Notes under the pieces: model-generated | What the model saw: only the letters and a program-made list of their open reading frames with translations | The model's database searches: none | Told to the model about the DNA's origin: nothing | Translations under genes and position numbers: made by a program | Shown: in pieces, positions 1 through 10,387 of the stretch | Position numbering within the stretch: the first letter of the stretch is position 1 | How the letters are laid out: each line of letters starts with the position of its first letter | Source: Prochlorococcus sp. MIT 0801 | Lineage (GTDB): Bacteria > Cyanobacteriota > Cyanobacteriia > PCC-6307 > Cyanobiaceae | DNA length: 32,000 bases | Reading direction: 5' to 3' | NCBI RefSeq assembly: GCF_000757865.1 | Contig: NZ_CP007754.1 | Location: 1,410,001 to 1,442,000 of the forward strand

Positions 1-356
1 TTTTTTAAAGACCATCAAAATAATTTCTAGATATAGTTTTTCTTTTTAACGGCAAAAAGAAAAAAATTCAGCTAAAGAAATAACTTGCTTATAGCAGATG
101 TATACATTATAGCTCTAGCAAGTTTTCTCTTCTTCTAAGTCTTTAGTTGACAATTCTAATTCCTTTTCAAAAGCGTTACTTATTTTAAAGCCAAAAACTT
201 CGATGGTGTCATGACATAAAGAGTTTTTCAAAGAAAATTATGCCCTGATAAAAATTATTTATGTTGAAAGTTTAAAACTAGCCGCTTAATTAATAAATTA
301 ATTTATTTTGCTGACTTTGAAGCCAGCAGAAGATAATTTAGATTCATAGTGATTGT

Positions 357-587
357 ATGAATAATCCTTTCTCCATTTATTGGAATAAAAATTGGACCTT
401 TCAAATAGTACATATGGAAGGTGGTATTTACATAGAAGCAAAAGGACTGGGAGTTCTCATAAGAAAACCTTTATTAGCAACTGAAAGTCCATTGACTGCA
501 GCAGACGATTTAGTTCATAGTGAAGACAAAAATAGAAATTTTTTATTCAACTCTTGGAAATCAAAAAGAATTAATATTTCTAATTAG
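357..587 (+). CDS. Orphan hypothetical ORF (76 aa); coding status doubtful
   Basis: It is the only ORF of at least 60 aa in the first 600 nt. I recognise no motif. It lies in a very AT-rich stretch and converges on the lexA stop. Confidence 0.25.
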   Translation: MNNPFSIYWNKNWTFQIVHMEGGIYIEAKGLGVLIRKPLLATESPLTAADDLVHSEDKNRNFLFNSWKSKRINISN

Positions 588-597
588 TTTTAGAAAT
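576..597 (-). terminator. Weak AT-rich hairpin downstream of lexA; possible terminator
   Basis: ATTTCTAA (576-583) pairs perfectly with TTAGAAAT (590-597) across a 6-nt loop. On the minus strand it is followed by ATTAATTCTTTTTG. The stem has only one G:C pair, so it is weak. Confidence 0.2.
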
Positions 598-601
598 AGC
601 G

Positions 602-1210
602 TTAAGTTTTCCTCCACACAGCTGCTAATTTTCCCTGAACATGTACTTGTTCAGCATCAATTTCTATAGGTTCATAAGATGTATTAGCGGCCTCTAAACG
701 AACTAAACTTCCATCACGAAAAAAATGTTTCAAAGTAGTACCCAGTCCCGGAACCATAGCGCTAACTATAGTGCCGTTTCTCAGACGAGCTGGATCATTC
801 ACAGGCTCCATTAAAACCATATCTCCGTCTGCAATAAAAGAATCAATCATTGAATCTCCATTTACCGTCAAGGCAAAAAGTCCCTTTAATTGAAGAACTG
901 AATTTAAGTCTAGAGTTTCCTGCACATCATCAAAAGTTTCAACCAACCCACCTGCAGCGATCGATCCCAAAACAGGAACACCTGAGATGTTCTCCTCTAT
1001 TAATTGGAGTGTTCTTGCCTGCCCTTCTTGCCATTTTATCCACCCTTTTTGCTGTAAATGTCTTAAACGGCTTTGGATTGGCGCGGGAGATCTCAATCCC
1101 ATGGCTTGCATCATTTGCCTAATTGAAGGGCTGTGATGATGATCTCCAATAAAATCTACAAGCCAGTCATAGAGTTCTTGCTGTGCAATAGTGAGAGCTT
1201 CTTCTGGCAT
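602..1210 (-). CDS. lexA: LexA repressor (S24 self-cleaving peptidase)
   Basis: N-terminal winged-HTH region (SIRQMMQAMGLRSPAPIQSRLRHLQQKGWI). Ala-Gly cleavage context (GSIAAGGL). Catalytic Ser motif (NGDSM) with a downstream Lys (TTLKHF). ATG start. Confidence 0.9.
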   Translation of the reverse strand: MPEEALTIAQQELYDWLVDFIGDHHHSPSIRQMMQAMGLRSPAPIQSRLRHLQQKGWIKWQEGQARTLQLIEENISGVPVLGSIAAGGLVETFDDVQETLDLNSVLQLKGLFALTVNGDSMIDSFIADGDMVLMEPVNDPARLRNGTIVSAMVPGLGTTLKHFFRDGSLVRLEAANTSYEPIEIDAEQVHVQGKLAAVWRKT

Positions 1211-1222
1211 TCGGATGGATTA

Positions 1223-1253
1223 AGTACATTTGTCCTTCAATACATATGTACCT
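1223..1253 (-). promoter_or_regulatory. Two adjacent LexA-box-like operators in the 65-nt lexA upstream spacer
   Basis: AGTACATTTGTCCT lies at 1223-1236. AATACATATGTACC lies at 1239-1252, with reverse complement GGTACATATGTATT. Each is one mismatch from the cyanobacterial-type LexA box RGTAC-N3-DGTWCB as I recall it. Confidence 0.4.
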
Positions 1254-1275
1254 AATATATTTCAAAGTCGCAACC

Positions 1276-2232
1276 CTAGATACCTCCCAGTTGGACGGCG
1301 AGCAAGGCTTGCTGAACATGAAGCCTGTTCTCAGCTTGATCAAAGATATGACTGTTTTCGCTCTCTAAAGCCTTTTCAGTGATTTCTTCTCCTCTATGAG
1401 CAGGCAAACAATGCAAAATGATTACGTCATCATCTGCAAGTCCTATTAATTTTTGATCAACTTTATAGTTTTCAAAAATTTTTTTCCTCTTCAAATGTTC
1501 TTCTTCTTGCCCCATAGAAGCCCAGACATCTGTATAAATAACTTGAGCTTCCTTTACAGCCTCTGAAGGATCATTAGAAATAGATATTTCCGAACCAAAT
1601 TCCGAGAGCGATTTCGCCTTCTCTACAATTTGAGAATCCGCTTCAAAACCTTTTGGAGAGCAAATTTTCACATTAACTCCCAACATTGCACCACATATCA
1701 TCAATGAGTTGGCAACATTATTGCCATCTCCAACATAAGAAAGATTTATCCCTTTCAGCTCCCCAAACTTTTCTTGAATTGTTAAATAATCAGCAAGCGC
1801 CTGACAAGGATGTTCGAGGTCAGTTAATGCATTAATGACAGGTATAGAGGACCATTCTGCATACTCCTCTATTTCTTTCTGAGAAAAAGTCCTAATTGCT
1901 AGTGCGTCACAATAGCGACTCAAAACCCTTGCGGTGTCTTTAATAGGTTCGCCCCTGCCTAGTTGTGTGATTTGAGGATTCAAATCAACAGTTTGACCTC
2001 CCAATCTTGCCATTGCCACTTGAAAACTTACTCTTGTCCTAGTAGAGGATTTTTTGAATATCAATCCGAGAACTCTATTCCCAAGGTCAATTCTTCTGTT
2101 AGCAGCTTTTAGCTGTTTAGCTAACTCAAATAAAGATAAAATTTGATTTCTATTTAAATCAGAGGAAGAAAGGAAGTTGCATCTACTAAAAGAAGATAAT
2201 TTAGCAGCTAAGCTTGAAGATACTGAAGCCAT
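1276..2232 (-). CDS. argF: Ornithine carbamoyltransferase
   Basis: Carbamoyl-phosphate motif SSTRTRVSF, then HPCQALAD, then HCLPAHRGEE. Length 318 aa. ATG start. Confidence 0.95.
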   Translation of the reverse strand: MASVSSSLAAKLSSFSRCNFLSSSDLNRNQILSLFELAKQLKAANRRIDLGNRVLGLIFKKSSTRTRVSFQVAMARLGGQTVDLNPQITQLGRGEPIKDTARVLSRYCDALAIRTFSQKEIEEYAEWSSIPVINALTDLEHPCQALADYLTIQEKFGELKGINLSYVGDGNNVANSLMICGAMLGVNVKICSPKGFEADSQIVEKAKSLSEFGSEISISNDPSEAVKEAQVIYTDVWASMGQEEEHLKRKKIFENYKVDQKLIGLADDDVIILHCLPAHRGEEITEKALESENSHIFDQAENRLHVQQALLAVQLGGI

Positions 2233-2285
2233 AAATAAGCCTCAAATATCCTTTATCGTGGATAAAGGATATAAAGTCAAGTGAT

Positions 2286-4160
2286 TTAATTAGAAATTTT
2301 TTCAGGCATTACACTATTTGAAAGCATTTTAACTAGATCATCTCCTTCTATTACTTCTTTCTCAAGAATTTTCTGAGAAATATCTTCAAGTAATGAAAGA
2401 TTATTTTTTAGAATATTCAGAGCTTTTTCATGTGCATCATCTACCAAACTTCTTACTTCTTTATCAATAGCTTGAGCAGTAGCATCACTTAATTCTCTTC
2501 TAGGATTATTGTTGCCTCCAAGGAATTGCCCACCTCCTTGCTTGTCATATGCCAATGGACCCAAGATATCACTCATTCCGTAAGTACCCACCATTTGCTC
2601 AGCAATGTCCGTTGCTCTTTGTAAGTCATTAGAAGCACCTGTAGTTACTTTGCCAAAAATTATTTCTTCTGCAGATCTTCCCCCAAGGAGAGTAGCAATC
2701 TGACCTTGAAGTTCCTCTTTGGAATTTAGAAATCTTTCCTCCGTAGGAAGTTGAAGGGTATAACCCAAAGCGCTCATACCTCTTGGTACTATTGAAATTT
2801 TGGCAACTTTGCTACCACCTGGCATTAAATGTCCCACAATTGCATGGCCTACTTCGTGATAGGCAACTATCTTTTTCTCGTCGTCCTGCAGAACTCTGCT
2901 TTTTTTCTCAAGACCAGCAACGACTCTTTCAATAGCTTCATTTAAATCTTGCTGCTCAACTTCAGGGCGGTAAGCTCTTGCCGCTAAAAGAGCAGCTTCA
3001 TTAACCATGTTTGCGATGTCAGCCCCTGCAAATCCACTAGTAGCTTGAGCGATTCGATCAAGATCTATTTTTTCTGAAAGTTTTACTTTTTTTGTATAAA
3101 TTTCTAAAATAGTCTTTCTTCCAGAAAGATCAGGTCTATCCACAAGGACTTGTCTATCAAACCTACCGGGACGAAGTAGAGCAGCATCAAGCACTTCGGG
3201 TTGGTTTGTGGCTGCAAGTACAATTACTGGCTTATCAGTTGAGGAAAATCCGTCCATCTCTGTGAGTAATTGGTTAAGAGTTTGCTCTCGTTCATCATTA
3301 CCACCAACTACACCCATTGAACCTGATCTGCTTTTACCAATGGCGTCTAATTCATCTATAAATATTATGCAAGGAGCTTTCTTCTTAGCTTGTTCAAATA
3401 AATCTCTAACTCTTGCAGCACCAGCACCGACAAATAATTCAACGAACTCAGAACCTGAAATAATAAAGAAAGGAACCTCTGCTTCACCTGCTACAGCTTT
3501 AGATAAAAGGGTTTTACCAGTTCCTGGAGGTCCAACCAATAGAACACCTTTTGGAATTCTTGCGCCAATATCTGTATATCTTTGAGGTTTCTTGAGAAAA
3601 TCGACTATTTCGGTAAGTTCATCTTTTGCTTCATCAACCCCTGCTACATCTTCAAAAGTAACCTTGGATTCATCATCAGGTACATAAACTTTAGCCTTAC
3701 TTTTGGTAAAACTGAGCGCTCCCTGTGCGCCGCCGCCGCCCATGCTTCTTCGAGCGAAAAACTGAAGAACGAGGATGAAAATAAGGGGTGGTACAACCCA
3801 ACTAAGAATAGTTGAAAAAATATTCGGTTTCTTAGGCGGTGCTGCTGCAAACTCAACACCTTTTTTCTCAAGCCTTTGAGGTAGCTCCATATCAAAGATG
3901 GGAGTTGTCGCCAGAACTGAAGGAGCTCCTTCTTCTACTGTAGAGAGTTCGTATCTGATTTGATCTTGGGTTATGTAGGCACGCTTAACTTCACCATCAT
4001 CAACTTGGTTTATAAAGAGAGAATAAGGAACTCTAGGAACTTGTGTGTTCTGGCTTGGAAAAAAACTACTAAATAGAAGAAGTGCCCCAAAACCAATTAA
4101 AATTAAATTTATAACTCCAAAGCGTCTATTAGGTTGATTCTCATCCTGTCGTATTGGCAT
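2286..4160 (-). CDS. ftsH: ATP-dependent zinc metalloprotease FtsH
   Basis: N-terminal TM segments. Walker A GPPGTGKT, Walker B IIFIDELD and zinc site HEVGHA. The track ORF begins at a TTG (4166). The ATG two codons downstream (4160, MPIRQ...) is the more likely start. Confidence 0.95.
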   Translation of the reverse strand: MPIRQDENQPNRRFGVINLILIGFGALLLFSSFFPSQNTQVPRVPYSLFINQVDDGEVKRAYITQDQIRYELSTVEEGAPSVLATTPIFDMELPQRLEKKGVEFAAAPPKKPNIFSTILSWVVPPLIFILVLQFFARRSMGGGGAQGALSFTKSKAKVYVPDDESKVTFEDVAGVDEAKDELTEIVDFLKKPQRYTDIGARIPKGVLLVGPPGTGKTLLSKAVAGEAEVPFFIISGSEFVELFVGAGAARVRDLFEQAKKKAPCIIFIDELDAIGKSRSGSMGVVGGNDEREQTLNQLLTEMDGFSSTDKPVIVLAATNQPEVLDAALLRPGRFDRQVLVDRPDLSGRKTILEIYTKKVKLSEKIDLDRIAQATSGFAGADIANMVNEAALLAARAYRPEVEQQDLNEAIERVVAGLEKKSRVLQDDEKKIVAYHEVGHAIVGHLMPGGSKVAKISIVPRGMSALGYTLQLPTEERFLNSKEELQGQIATLLGGRSAEEIIFGKVTTGASNDLQRATDIAEQMVGTYGMSDILGPLAYDKQGGGQFLGGNNNPRRELSDATAQAIDKEVRSLVDDAHEKALNILKNNLSLLEDISQKILEKEVIEGDDLVKMLSNSVMPEKISN

Positions 4161-4265
4161 TAGCAAAAACTGAATTCATACCAAGGTAATCAACTTTTAA
4201 CCAAAATCGACTTGTTTAACTGGAGGGAGATCCGAACGAATATATAATCCTAAAAAATTAACCTC

Positions 4266-5360
4266 TTAAAAAAGTAGTCTCCAGCAAAGATCTTCCCCTT
4301 TTCTTTCGAAAAAAGAATGTTGCAATTTGTAGGTAGACTGAATCGCTTCAAATCCAAAATCGCTCAAAGGACTCATTGAAGACATCCCTCCTAAGAGTTT
4401 TGGTGCGACAAAAACTACTAATTCCTGAACACAATTTGCTTCAATTGCACTTGTAGCAAGTTGGGGCCCGCATTCCCAAAGAATTTTATTGCAGCCTTTT
4501 TTGGCAAGTGAGGAGAGCAATTCGGATGGATTGTCCGAACTTAATCTCAATTTCTCTGGACCATCTGGCAACTCAGAAAAGAAAGATTCATCACCCTCTG
4601 GTCCATATGCAACTAATGTTCTAGCGATTTTTGTATCCCAAAGTTTTGCAGATTTAGGCAAGTTCAAAGTTCTTGAAAAAACAACCCTTAACGGCTCATA
4701 ATTTGATTTACCCCTTGAAGTTAAAAAAGGATTATCGGCCCGAACTGTTCCTCCTCCTACTATCACTGCATCGCACCTAGATCGAATTCTGTGAACCGAA
4801 TGCCTTGCAGGAATATCTGTAATCCACTTACTACAACCATTTGGCAAGCCAATTCTTCCATCTAAGCTCATTGCCCATTTAAGAATTCCCCAAGGACGTC
4901 CATGACGAACTCGAAAACTAAATTCGCGATTAATTGATTCACATTCTTGACTCAAAACCCCCTCGATGACTTCAAGTCCGGAGTCTTTCAATCTTGAGAT
5001 TCCATTACCTGAAACTCTTGGATCAGGATCGACCATCCCAATAACAACTTTTTTTAGACCTGCATTTATTATTGCTTCTGTACAGGGAGGTGTTAAGCCC
5101 TGATGGCAACAGGGTTCTAAAGTTACAATAATTGTTCCATCAACAGACTTCTCTCCAGCCTGAGAAAGTGCTTCTATTTCAGCATGAGGATTCCCTGCGC
5201 CTGTATGAAATCCCTCTCCAACAAGTCTTCCGTTCGAATCCAAAACAATAGATCCTACTAGAGGGTTTGGGCTAGTCCTACCTTCTGCTAATAACGCCAG
5301 TTGGATTGAGCGTCTCATCCATGGCACCCATATTTTTTGATCTTCAGACAAGTTAATCAT
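4266..5360 (-). CDS. ribD: Bifunctional riboflavin biosynthesis deaminase/reductase RibD
   Basis: Cytidine-deaminase-type zinc motifs HAEIEAL and PCCHQGLTPPC. C-terminal RibD reductase domain (WAMSLDGRIG). Its ATG overlaps the upstream gene's TGA as ATGA (5357-5360). Confidence 0.93.
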   Translation of the reverse strand: MINLSEDQKIWVPWMRRSIQLALLAEGRTSPNPLVGSIVLDSNGRLVGEGFHTGAGNPHAEIEALSQAGEKSVDGTIIVTLEPCCHQGLTPPCTEAIINAGLKKVVIGMVDPDPRVSGNGISRLKDSGLEVIEGVLSQECESINREFSFRVRHGRPWGILKWAMSLDGRIGLPNGCSKWITDIPARHSVHRIRSRCDAVIVGGGTVRADNPFLTSRGKSNYEPLRVVFSRTLNLPKSAKLWDTKIARTLVAYGPEGDESFFSELPDGPEKLRLSSDNPSELLSSLAKKGCNKILWECGPQLATSAIEANCVQELVVFVAPKLLGGMSSMSPLSDFGFEAIQSTYKLQHSFFERKGEDLCWRLLF

Positions 5361-5857
5361 TTTAATTCAGCCAATGATCTCCATTCACTTACTAGGTAAG
5401 GCGGGATTGGCAAATCATTTATCAATCCAGGCAAGCTTATTCTCAAAGGTCTGTTTTTATCCAACTCAGCAATCAAAGTTCTCAGGTCAAATTCGGCTGC
5501 AGAGTCATTCAAAGTTTCAAAATCGATTTTACTGTTTTTTGAAATGTCTTTTAAAGCCCAAGTCTTTCTCCCCGAATTAACTATCAAGCTAGTTGGATGA
5601 TCAATCCTTAATGAACCTGGATAACCCACAATTCTTAAAATTAAATTCGTGGACTCTTTGGAACTTGGATAAACGATAATTTGCCAAGTTTGGTAATCCA
5701 AGTCTTGGAGGCTCTCTAAGCTTCTTTTAATCTCTTTTTTCTGATCATTTAAAGTGACTTTTGAATCTGCATAAATTCTATTAGCACTAGTAAAAAAACA
5801 ACAACAAATCAAAAGACAAGAAATTATCAGGCGAAATGAATTACGCAATTTTTCCAT
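5357..5857 (-). CDS. Conserved-looking hypothetical protein with N-terminal signal peptide
   Basis: The track ORF is 5357-5893. The internal ATG at 5857 gives MEKLRNSFRLIISCLLICCCFFTSANRIYA, a signal-peptide-like N-terminus. A 4-nt ATGA overlap with ribD suggests translational coupling. Confidence 0.6.
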   Translation of the reverse strand: MEKLRNSFRLIISCLLICCCFFTSANRIYADSKVTLNDQKKEIKRSLESLQDLDYQTWQIIVYPSSKESTNLILRIVGYPGSLRIDHPTSLIVNSGRKTWALKDISKNSKIDFETLNDSAAEFDLRTLIAELDKNRPLRISLPGLINDLPIPPYLVSEWRSLAELK

Positions 5858-6128
5858 CACTAATATCGTAATCTTCCGATTCAAGTAGTGCATCTAATGC
5901 AATTGCTGAGCGAACGAGAGACTGATATTTCTTAATGATACGTTGATTACGTTCAACTATTTTAGAAGGGTCATATTTTTCTGAATAATTAATAGGGTTT
6001 TCAAAAACCTGGACATTATCGTCCATTAATTCTAAATCTTTTTGTTGCTTAATCAGCGCTATCAAAATTTCATGCAGGCGGGATCTTCTAGTTAAGAATT
6101 CCTCCGCTTCCTTTTTTTTAAGATTCAC
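5841..6128 (-). CDS. Small acidic helical hypothetical protein (95 aa)
   Basis: Open frame with a GTG start, on the same strand and tightly packed with the downstream genes. No recognisable motif. Confidence 0.5.
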   Translation of the reverse strand: MNLKKKEAEEFLTRRSRLHEILIALIKQQKDLELMDDNVQVFENPINYSEKYDPSKIVERNQRIIKKYQSLVRSAIALDALLESEDYDISDGKIA

Positions 6129-6226
6129 AAAACTTTCAAACTAACTATTGAAGTTTTAGTTGATTTTCATCAAAAAAATAGTAAAGCTATAAAAAAGAAA
6201 TTTTTCTAAGTCCATTCATTTAAACC

Positions 6227-7513
6227 ATGCCTGACGAGTCAAAGCAGATACACGTAATAGGAATTGATACTTCAAGTATTGAAAGTTTTTTTGAAGCTAA
6301 AAAAAAACCAATTTTTAAAGCTGAAAGAATCTTTGGTCCACAAAGAATTTTAGATTCATTCAAAAATTGGTTAAAGGAAAAAAATATAAAAAATCATAAG
6401 TTTGAGTTCATGGCAACTGACAAACTAAATGACTTTATAGCTCAATTAAAAAAAGGAGATAAAAAAACAATAGTGTTTTCCGGTGGTGATCCTCTTTGGT
6501 TTGGGATTGGTAGATTATTAATTCAAAATTTTCCTTTATCAAAACTTTATTTTGAGCCAGCCGCTACCTCTTTCCAGCTAGCTTTTTCCAGACTTGGCAA
6601 GCCTTGGCAAAATACACAATGGATTAGTCTTCATGGAAGAGACCCGCTTCCATTTGAAAAAGCAATTAAAAAGCTTCCTTCCTCACTTGTCGTATTAACT
6701 GACTCAAAAAGAGGGGGTGCTAAAGAGGTTTATCAATTAATCCATTCACTTGGACTTGAAGGGAAATATGAATTTTGGATTTTTGAAAGGCTTGGATATA
6801 GTAATGAAAAAATAATCGAAATTAATTCCATTGAGGATTTCCCAACCAGCATAGATCCATTACATCTTGTTATTCTTTTTAAGAAAGAAAAGCCTCTAAT
6901 ACAATCAAAAGATTTACCTTTATTTGGAATTATTGATTCGGTTTTTCTTCAAAATGAAGACTGCCCTGGGCTAATAACAAAAAGAGAAGTTAGAGTTCAA
7001 CTTCTTGCTGAACTTAATCTCCCAAAGCAAGGAGTAATTTGGGACATTGGAAGTGGAGTTGGGAGTATAGGTTTAGAAGCATTAAGAATATCCCCTAAAC
7101 TAGAATTAGTATCCATTGATAAAAGAGTTGGCAGTAAAAATATAATTGAGGAAAACGCGAGAAGACTTGGTGTTAAAGCATCATTGGTAATAGAGGATGA
7201 AGCATTAAATATATTCAAACAAAATAAAATAACATCTAATCTTTTACATCCAGATAGAGTTATCATGGGAGGTGGTGGCTCAGACTCACATTTAATTCTT
7301 GCAGAAATTTTGAATCTAATAAATAGTAATTGTATAATAGTAATACCATTAATATCATTAAAATCCATATCAAAATTAGAGTCGATTTTAAAGCCTAAAG
7401 TCCACAATTTATCTATCAGTCAACATCAATCGTATAGAGGTGTAAGTATTGGAGAAGATATAAGATTATCTCCCATAAATCCTGTTTTCATTTTGAAGGG
7501 TGAAATTAAATAA
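6227..7513 (+). CDS. cobL: Precorrin-6Y C5,15-methyltransferase (decarboxylating), CbiE/CbiT fusion
   Basis: N-terminal tetrapyrrole-methylase-like half (VFSGGDPLWFGIG). C-terminal SAM-methyltransferase half with glycine-rich loop VIWDIGSGVGSIG. Length 428 aa. Confidence 0.88.
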   Translation: MPDESKQIHVIGIDTSSIESFFEAKKKPIFKAERIFGPQRILDSFKNWLKEKNIKNHKFEFMATDKLNDFIAQLKKGDKKTIVFSGGDPLWFGIGRLLIQNFPLSKLYFEPAATSFQLAFSRLGKPWQNTQWISLHGRDPLPFEKAIKKLPSSLVVLTDSKRGGAKEVYQLIHSLGLEGKYEFWIFERLGYSNEKIIEINSIEDFPTSIDPLHLVILFKKEKPLIQSKDLPLFGIIDSVFLQNEDCPGLITKREVRVQLLAELNLPKQGVIWDIGSGVGSIGLEALRISPKLELVSIDKRVGSKNIIEENARRLGVKASLVIEDEALNIFKQNKITSNLLHPDRVIMGGGGSDSHLILAEILNLINSNCIIVIPLISLKSISKLESILKPKVHNLSISQHQSYRGVSIGEDIRLSPINPVFILKGEIK

Positions 7514-7516
7514 TAT

Positions 7517-8425
7517 TTATGTTTTATCAGGTTTCGCAACGTGAGGGAGTCCCCACCCTAATTTATTTCTTAGGACTTGAAAGAACTCATGATCTGAAAG
7601 TCTAATGAATTTAACTGGATGATCACTTTTTCTGATTAAAACTCTATCCTCTGGCCATACATAACAGCCTGCACTACCATCAACCACCATCATTAATCTT
7701 TCAGGTGTGGCAGGGAAAACAGTCACTGGCTCTTCGTTGCTAAAGACAAGAGCTCTCGATGCTAATGAATGAGGAGATAAGGGGGTAAGCTGTAAGACTG
7801 GACAATCGGGAGTAATTACAGGCCCCCCTGCGCTGAGTGAATAAGCAGTTGAGCCAGTAGGAGTAGAGAGAATTACACCATCTGCAGAAATATCTACGGG
7901 CGCATGCCGACCAACAGAAATTTCAAAATGACACATACTTGTCATAGGTTCTCTATGCAATGCCATTTCATTGAGGCAAAGAGCTTCCCATCTACATTGA
8001 TCACCTCTCATAACGCTTACCACCAGACTTGTTCTCTCCTCAATATTCCATTGCCTTGCAACTAAATGTTTGAAAATTTTATCTATATCTGAAAGATACG
8101 CCTCAGCTAAAAAGCCTAAATGTCCAGTATTTATAGTGAGTATGGGGATGCCCAATGGTGCAGTTTGTCTTGCTGCAGACAAGACAGTCCCATCCCCTCC
8201 CAATACAACGGCAAACATAATCGAAGAATCAAAACCATCAGGAATACATGAGTTGTATCCTTGTGAACTCATATATTGATCAGGATTAGTAAAACCTAAT
8301 AAACCACCTGCGCTACTTACTCTGACGACTTCAAAACCAGAATCTTCGAGTTTCTTTTGAAAAGTTTTTGCTGTCTTGACAGCAAGCTCTTTCCCGTCAT
8401 TAACGATCAGTCCAACTCGGGGCAC
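7517..8425 (-). CDS. nadK: NAD+ kinase
   Basis: GGDGT motif (VLGGDGTVL), NTGHLGFL motif and [18 protein letters not shown] start. Confidence 0.93.
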   Translation of the reverse strand: MPRVGLIVNDGKELAVKTAKTFQKKLEDSGFEVVRVSSAGGLLGFTNPDQYMSSQGYNSCIPDGFDSSIMFAVVLGGDGTVLSAARQTAPLGIPILTINTGHLGFLAEAYLSDIDKIFKHLVARQWNIEERTSLVVSVMRGDQCRWEALCLNEMALHREPMTSMCHFEISVGRHAPVDISADGVILSTPTGSTAYSLSAGGPVITPDCPVLQLTPLSPHSLASRALVFSNEEPVTVFPATPERLMMVVDGSAGCYVWPEDRVLIRKSDHPVKFIRLSDHEFFQVLRNKLGWGLPHVAKPDKT

Positions 8426-8519
8426 CGATCATACTTCACAAACTATTTATCAAGCTTAGCAATTAACTGTCAATATTATTTGTTTAATAAATTAAAAGTT
8501 AATTCAAAAATATTCAACT

Positions 8520-9527
8520 TTAAAATTGTTCTAAAAATCTGAGATCACTTGTATATAGCTTTCTAATATCATCTAGACCATGACGAACCATGCAAAATCT
8601 TTCAACCCCAAGTCCAGCCGCAAATCCACTATATTTTTCTGGATCAATCCCTAATTCTTCTAAGACAGCAGGGTCTACCATTCCGCAACCCATAACTTCT
8701 AACCACTTACCTCTCCATTGCACATCAACTTCTGCTGATGGCTCCGTAAATGGGAAATAACTAGCTCTAAATCTAATAGGAAGATCTCCAAAAAACGCTT
8801 TTAAAAAGGCCATTACTGTTCCTCTTAAATGACTAAAGTCAAGTTTTTCATCAATTGCTAAGACCTCAACCTGGTGGAACACCGGCGAGTGAGTTGCATC
8901 AACTGCATCTCTTCGATAAACCCGACCAGGAGAGACAATTCTTACAGGAGGTTTTTTGTTTTCAAGGCATCGAATCTGAACAGGCGAAGTATGAGTTCTT
9001 AAAAGGTATTCACCTCCAAGATAAAAAGTATCTTGCATATCCCTTGCAGGATGATCAGGGGGAATATTTAGTGCCTCAAAATTGTAGTAATCATTCTCTA
9101 TCTCAGGACCTTCAGAAACTTGGTATCCAAGACCCAAGAAAAGATCAATTATTTGTTCAGTAGTCGTTATTAAGGGGTGCCGATGTCCTTGAGGAATACC
9201 TGTTGGAGGCGCTGTAACATCTATAGTTTCCTTTATAAGTATCTGACTTAGAGCCTGAGTTTTTAAAACTTCAAGCTTTTCCTTGATTAATTCTTGCAAT
9301 TGAGTTTTTAAAACGTTCGCTCTTTGACCAATTAAAGGTCTTTCCTCATTTGAAAGATTTTTCATCCCTCCCAAAAGAAGTGAGAGTTTTCCTTTTTTTC
9401 CAAGGAAACTTAACCTTAATTTCTCAATTGATTCAGAATTTTCAGCAGAAGCAATTTCTTTTGCCGCATCGCTTTCTAGAATCTCAAGCTCACCGATGAG
9501 CTGTTTTAGGGATAATGTTGAACTCAA
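8520..9527 (-). CDS. pheS: Phenylalanine--tRNA ligase alpha subunit
   Basis: Class II aaRS motifs ([30 protein letters not shown]). TTG start; the first in-frame ATG is 54 codons downstream. Confidence 0.95.
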   Translation of the reverse strand: MSSTLSLKQLIGELEILESDAAKEIASAENSESIEKLRLSFLGKKGKLSLLLGGMKNLSNEERPLIGQRANVLKTQLQELIKEKLEVLKTQALSQILIKETIDVTAPPTGIPQGHRHPLITTTEQIIDLFLGLGYQVSEGPEIENDYYNFEALNIPPDHPARDMQDTFYLGGEYLLRTHTSPVQIRCLENKKPPVRIVSPGRVYRRDAVDATHSPVFHQVEVLAIDEKLDFSHLRGTVMAFLKAFFGDLPIRFRASYFPFTEPSAEVDVQWRGKWLEVMGCGMVDPAVLEELGIDPEKYSGFAAGLGVERFCMVRHGLDDIRKLYTSDLRFLEQF

Positions 9528-9595
9528 TGAATTTCCATCTCGAGTACTAGTTTAATCGGCAACCTGTCCCAGTTCTAAAAACCAATAGCAAAAAA

Positions 9596-10384
9596 ATGAA
9601 CCCATTGAAAATTTTAATTAGTAATGATGATGGTGTTTTTGCAGAAGGAATAAGAACACTTGCCACTTCTGCAGCGAGCAGAGGACATAAAGTTACTGTT
9701 GTTTGTCCAGATCAAGAAAGATCAGCAACTGGTCATGGATTAACTTTACATTCGCCAATACGCGCTGAAAAAGCTGACGAATTATTTGGGGAAGGTATTA
9801 AAGCTTGGGGATGTAGTGGAACCCCCGCTGATTGTGTAAAACTCGCACTTAATGAACTTCTTGATCAAAAGCCAGACTTAATCCTTTCTGGAATTAATCA
9901 TGGGCCTAATCTTGGTACGGATATTTTTTGCTCAGGAACTGTTGCTGCTGCACTTGAGGGGACCTTAGATGGGATTCCATCAATTGCTGTAAGCATTGCA
10001 AGTTTTCAATGGAAAAATTTTAATTTCGCTGGAAAACTTTCCTTAGATATTGCAGAGAAAGCAATTCAACAAAATTGGCCCAAGAACTTACTTCTAAATT
10101 TAAATATTCCTCCTTGTGAAGAAAAAGAAATGGGTGATTTGGTTTGGACAAGACTTTCAATTAGACAATACGAGGAGCAATTCATTCGAAGAGTCGATCC
10201 AAGAGGCAATACCTATTTTTGGATGGCTGGGGAAGCAGTAAAAGATCTTCAATCGGCTGGAGAAGGGCCTAAGGAATGGCCAAGTGATGTTTCTCAAATA
10301 GCTTTATGCTCTCCCTCATTAACACCAATTCAACCTGATCTTTTTTGGAGAGGCAATTTAGATGATTTGCCAAGCTTAATATAA
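9596..10384 (+). CDS. surE: 5'/3'-nucleotidase SurE
   Basis: Signature N-terminus [14 protein letters not shown], then GINHGPNLG, then [10 protein letters not shown]. Confidence 0.95.
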   Translation: MNPLKILISNDDGVFAEGIRTLATSAASRGHKVTVVCPDQERSATGHGLTLHSPIRAEKADELFGEGIKAWGCSGTPADCVKLALNELLDQKPDLILSGINHGPNLGTDIFCSGTVAAALEGTLDGIPSIAVSIASFQWKNFNFAGKLSLDIAEKAIQQNWPKNLLLNLNIPPCEEKEMGDLVWTRLSIRQYEEQFIRRVDPRGNTYFWMAGEAVKDLQSAGEGPKEWPSDVSQIALCSPSLTPIQPDLFWRGNLDDLPSLI

Positions 10385-10387
10385 AAA

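Noticed and set aside
5232-5241. GTTCGAATCC, a tRNA T-arm-like string.
   Set aside because: It lies inside the ribD coding frame on the opposite strand. The flanks form no acceptor, D or anticodon stems, so it is not a tRNA.
6129-6226. Imperfect inverted repeat AAAACTTTCAA...TTGAAGTTTT in the divergent spacer upstream of cobL; I also considered a cobalamin riboswitch.
   Set aside because: The stem is A/T-only with a bulge. No B12-box-like sequence is present, and 98 nt is too short for a cobalamin riboswitch.
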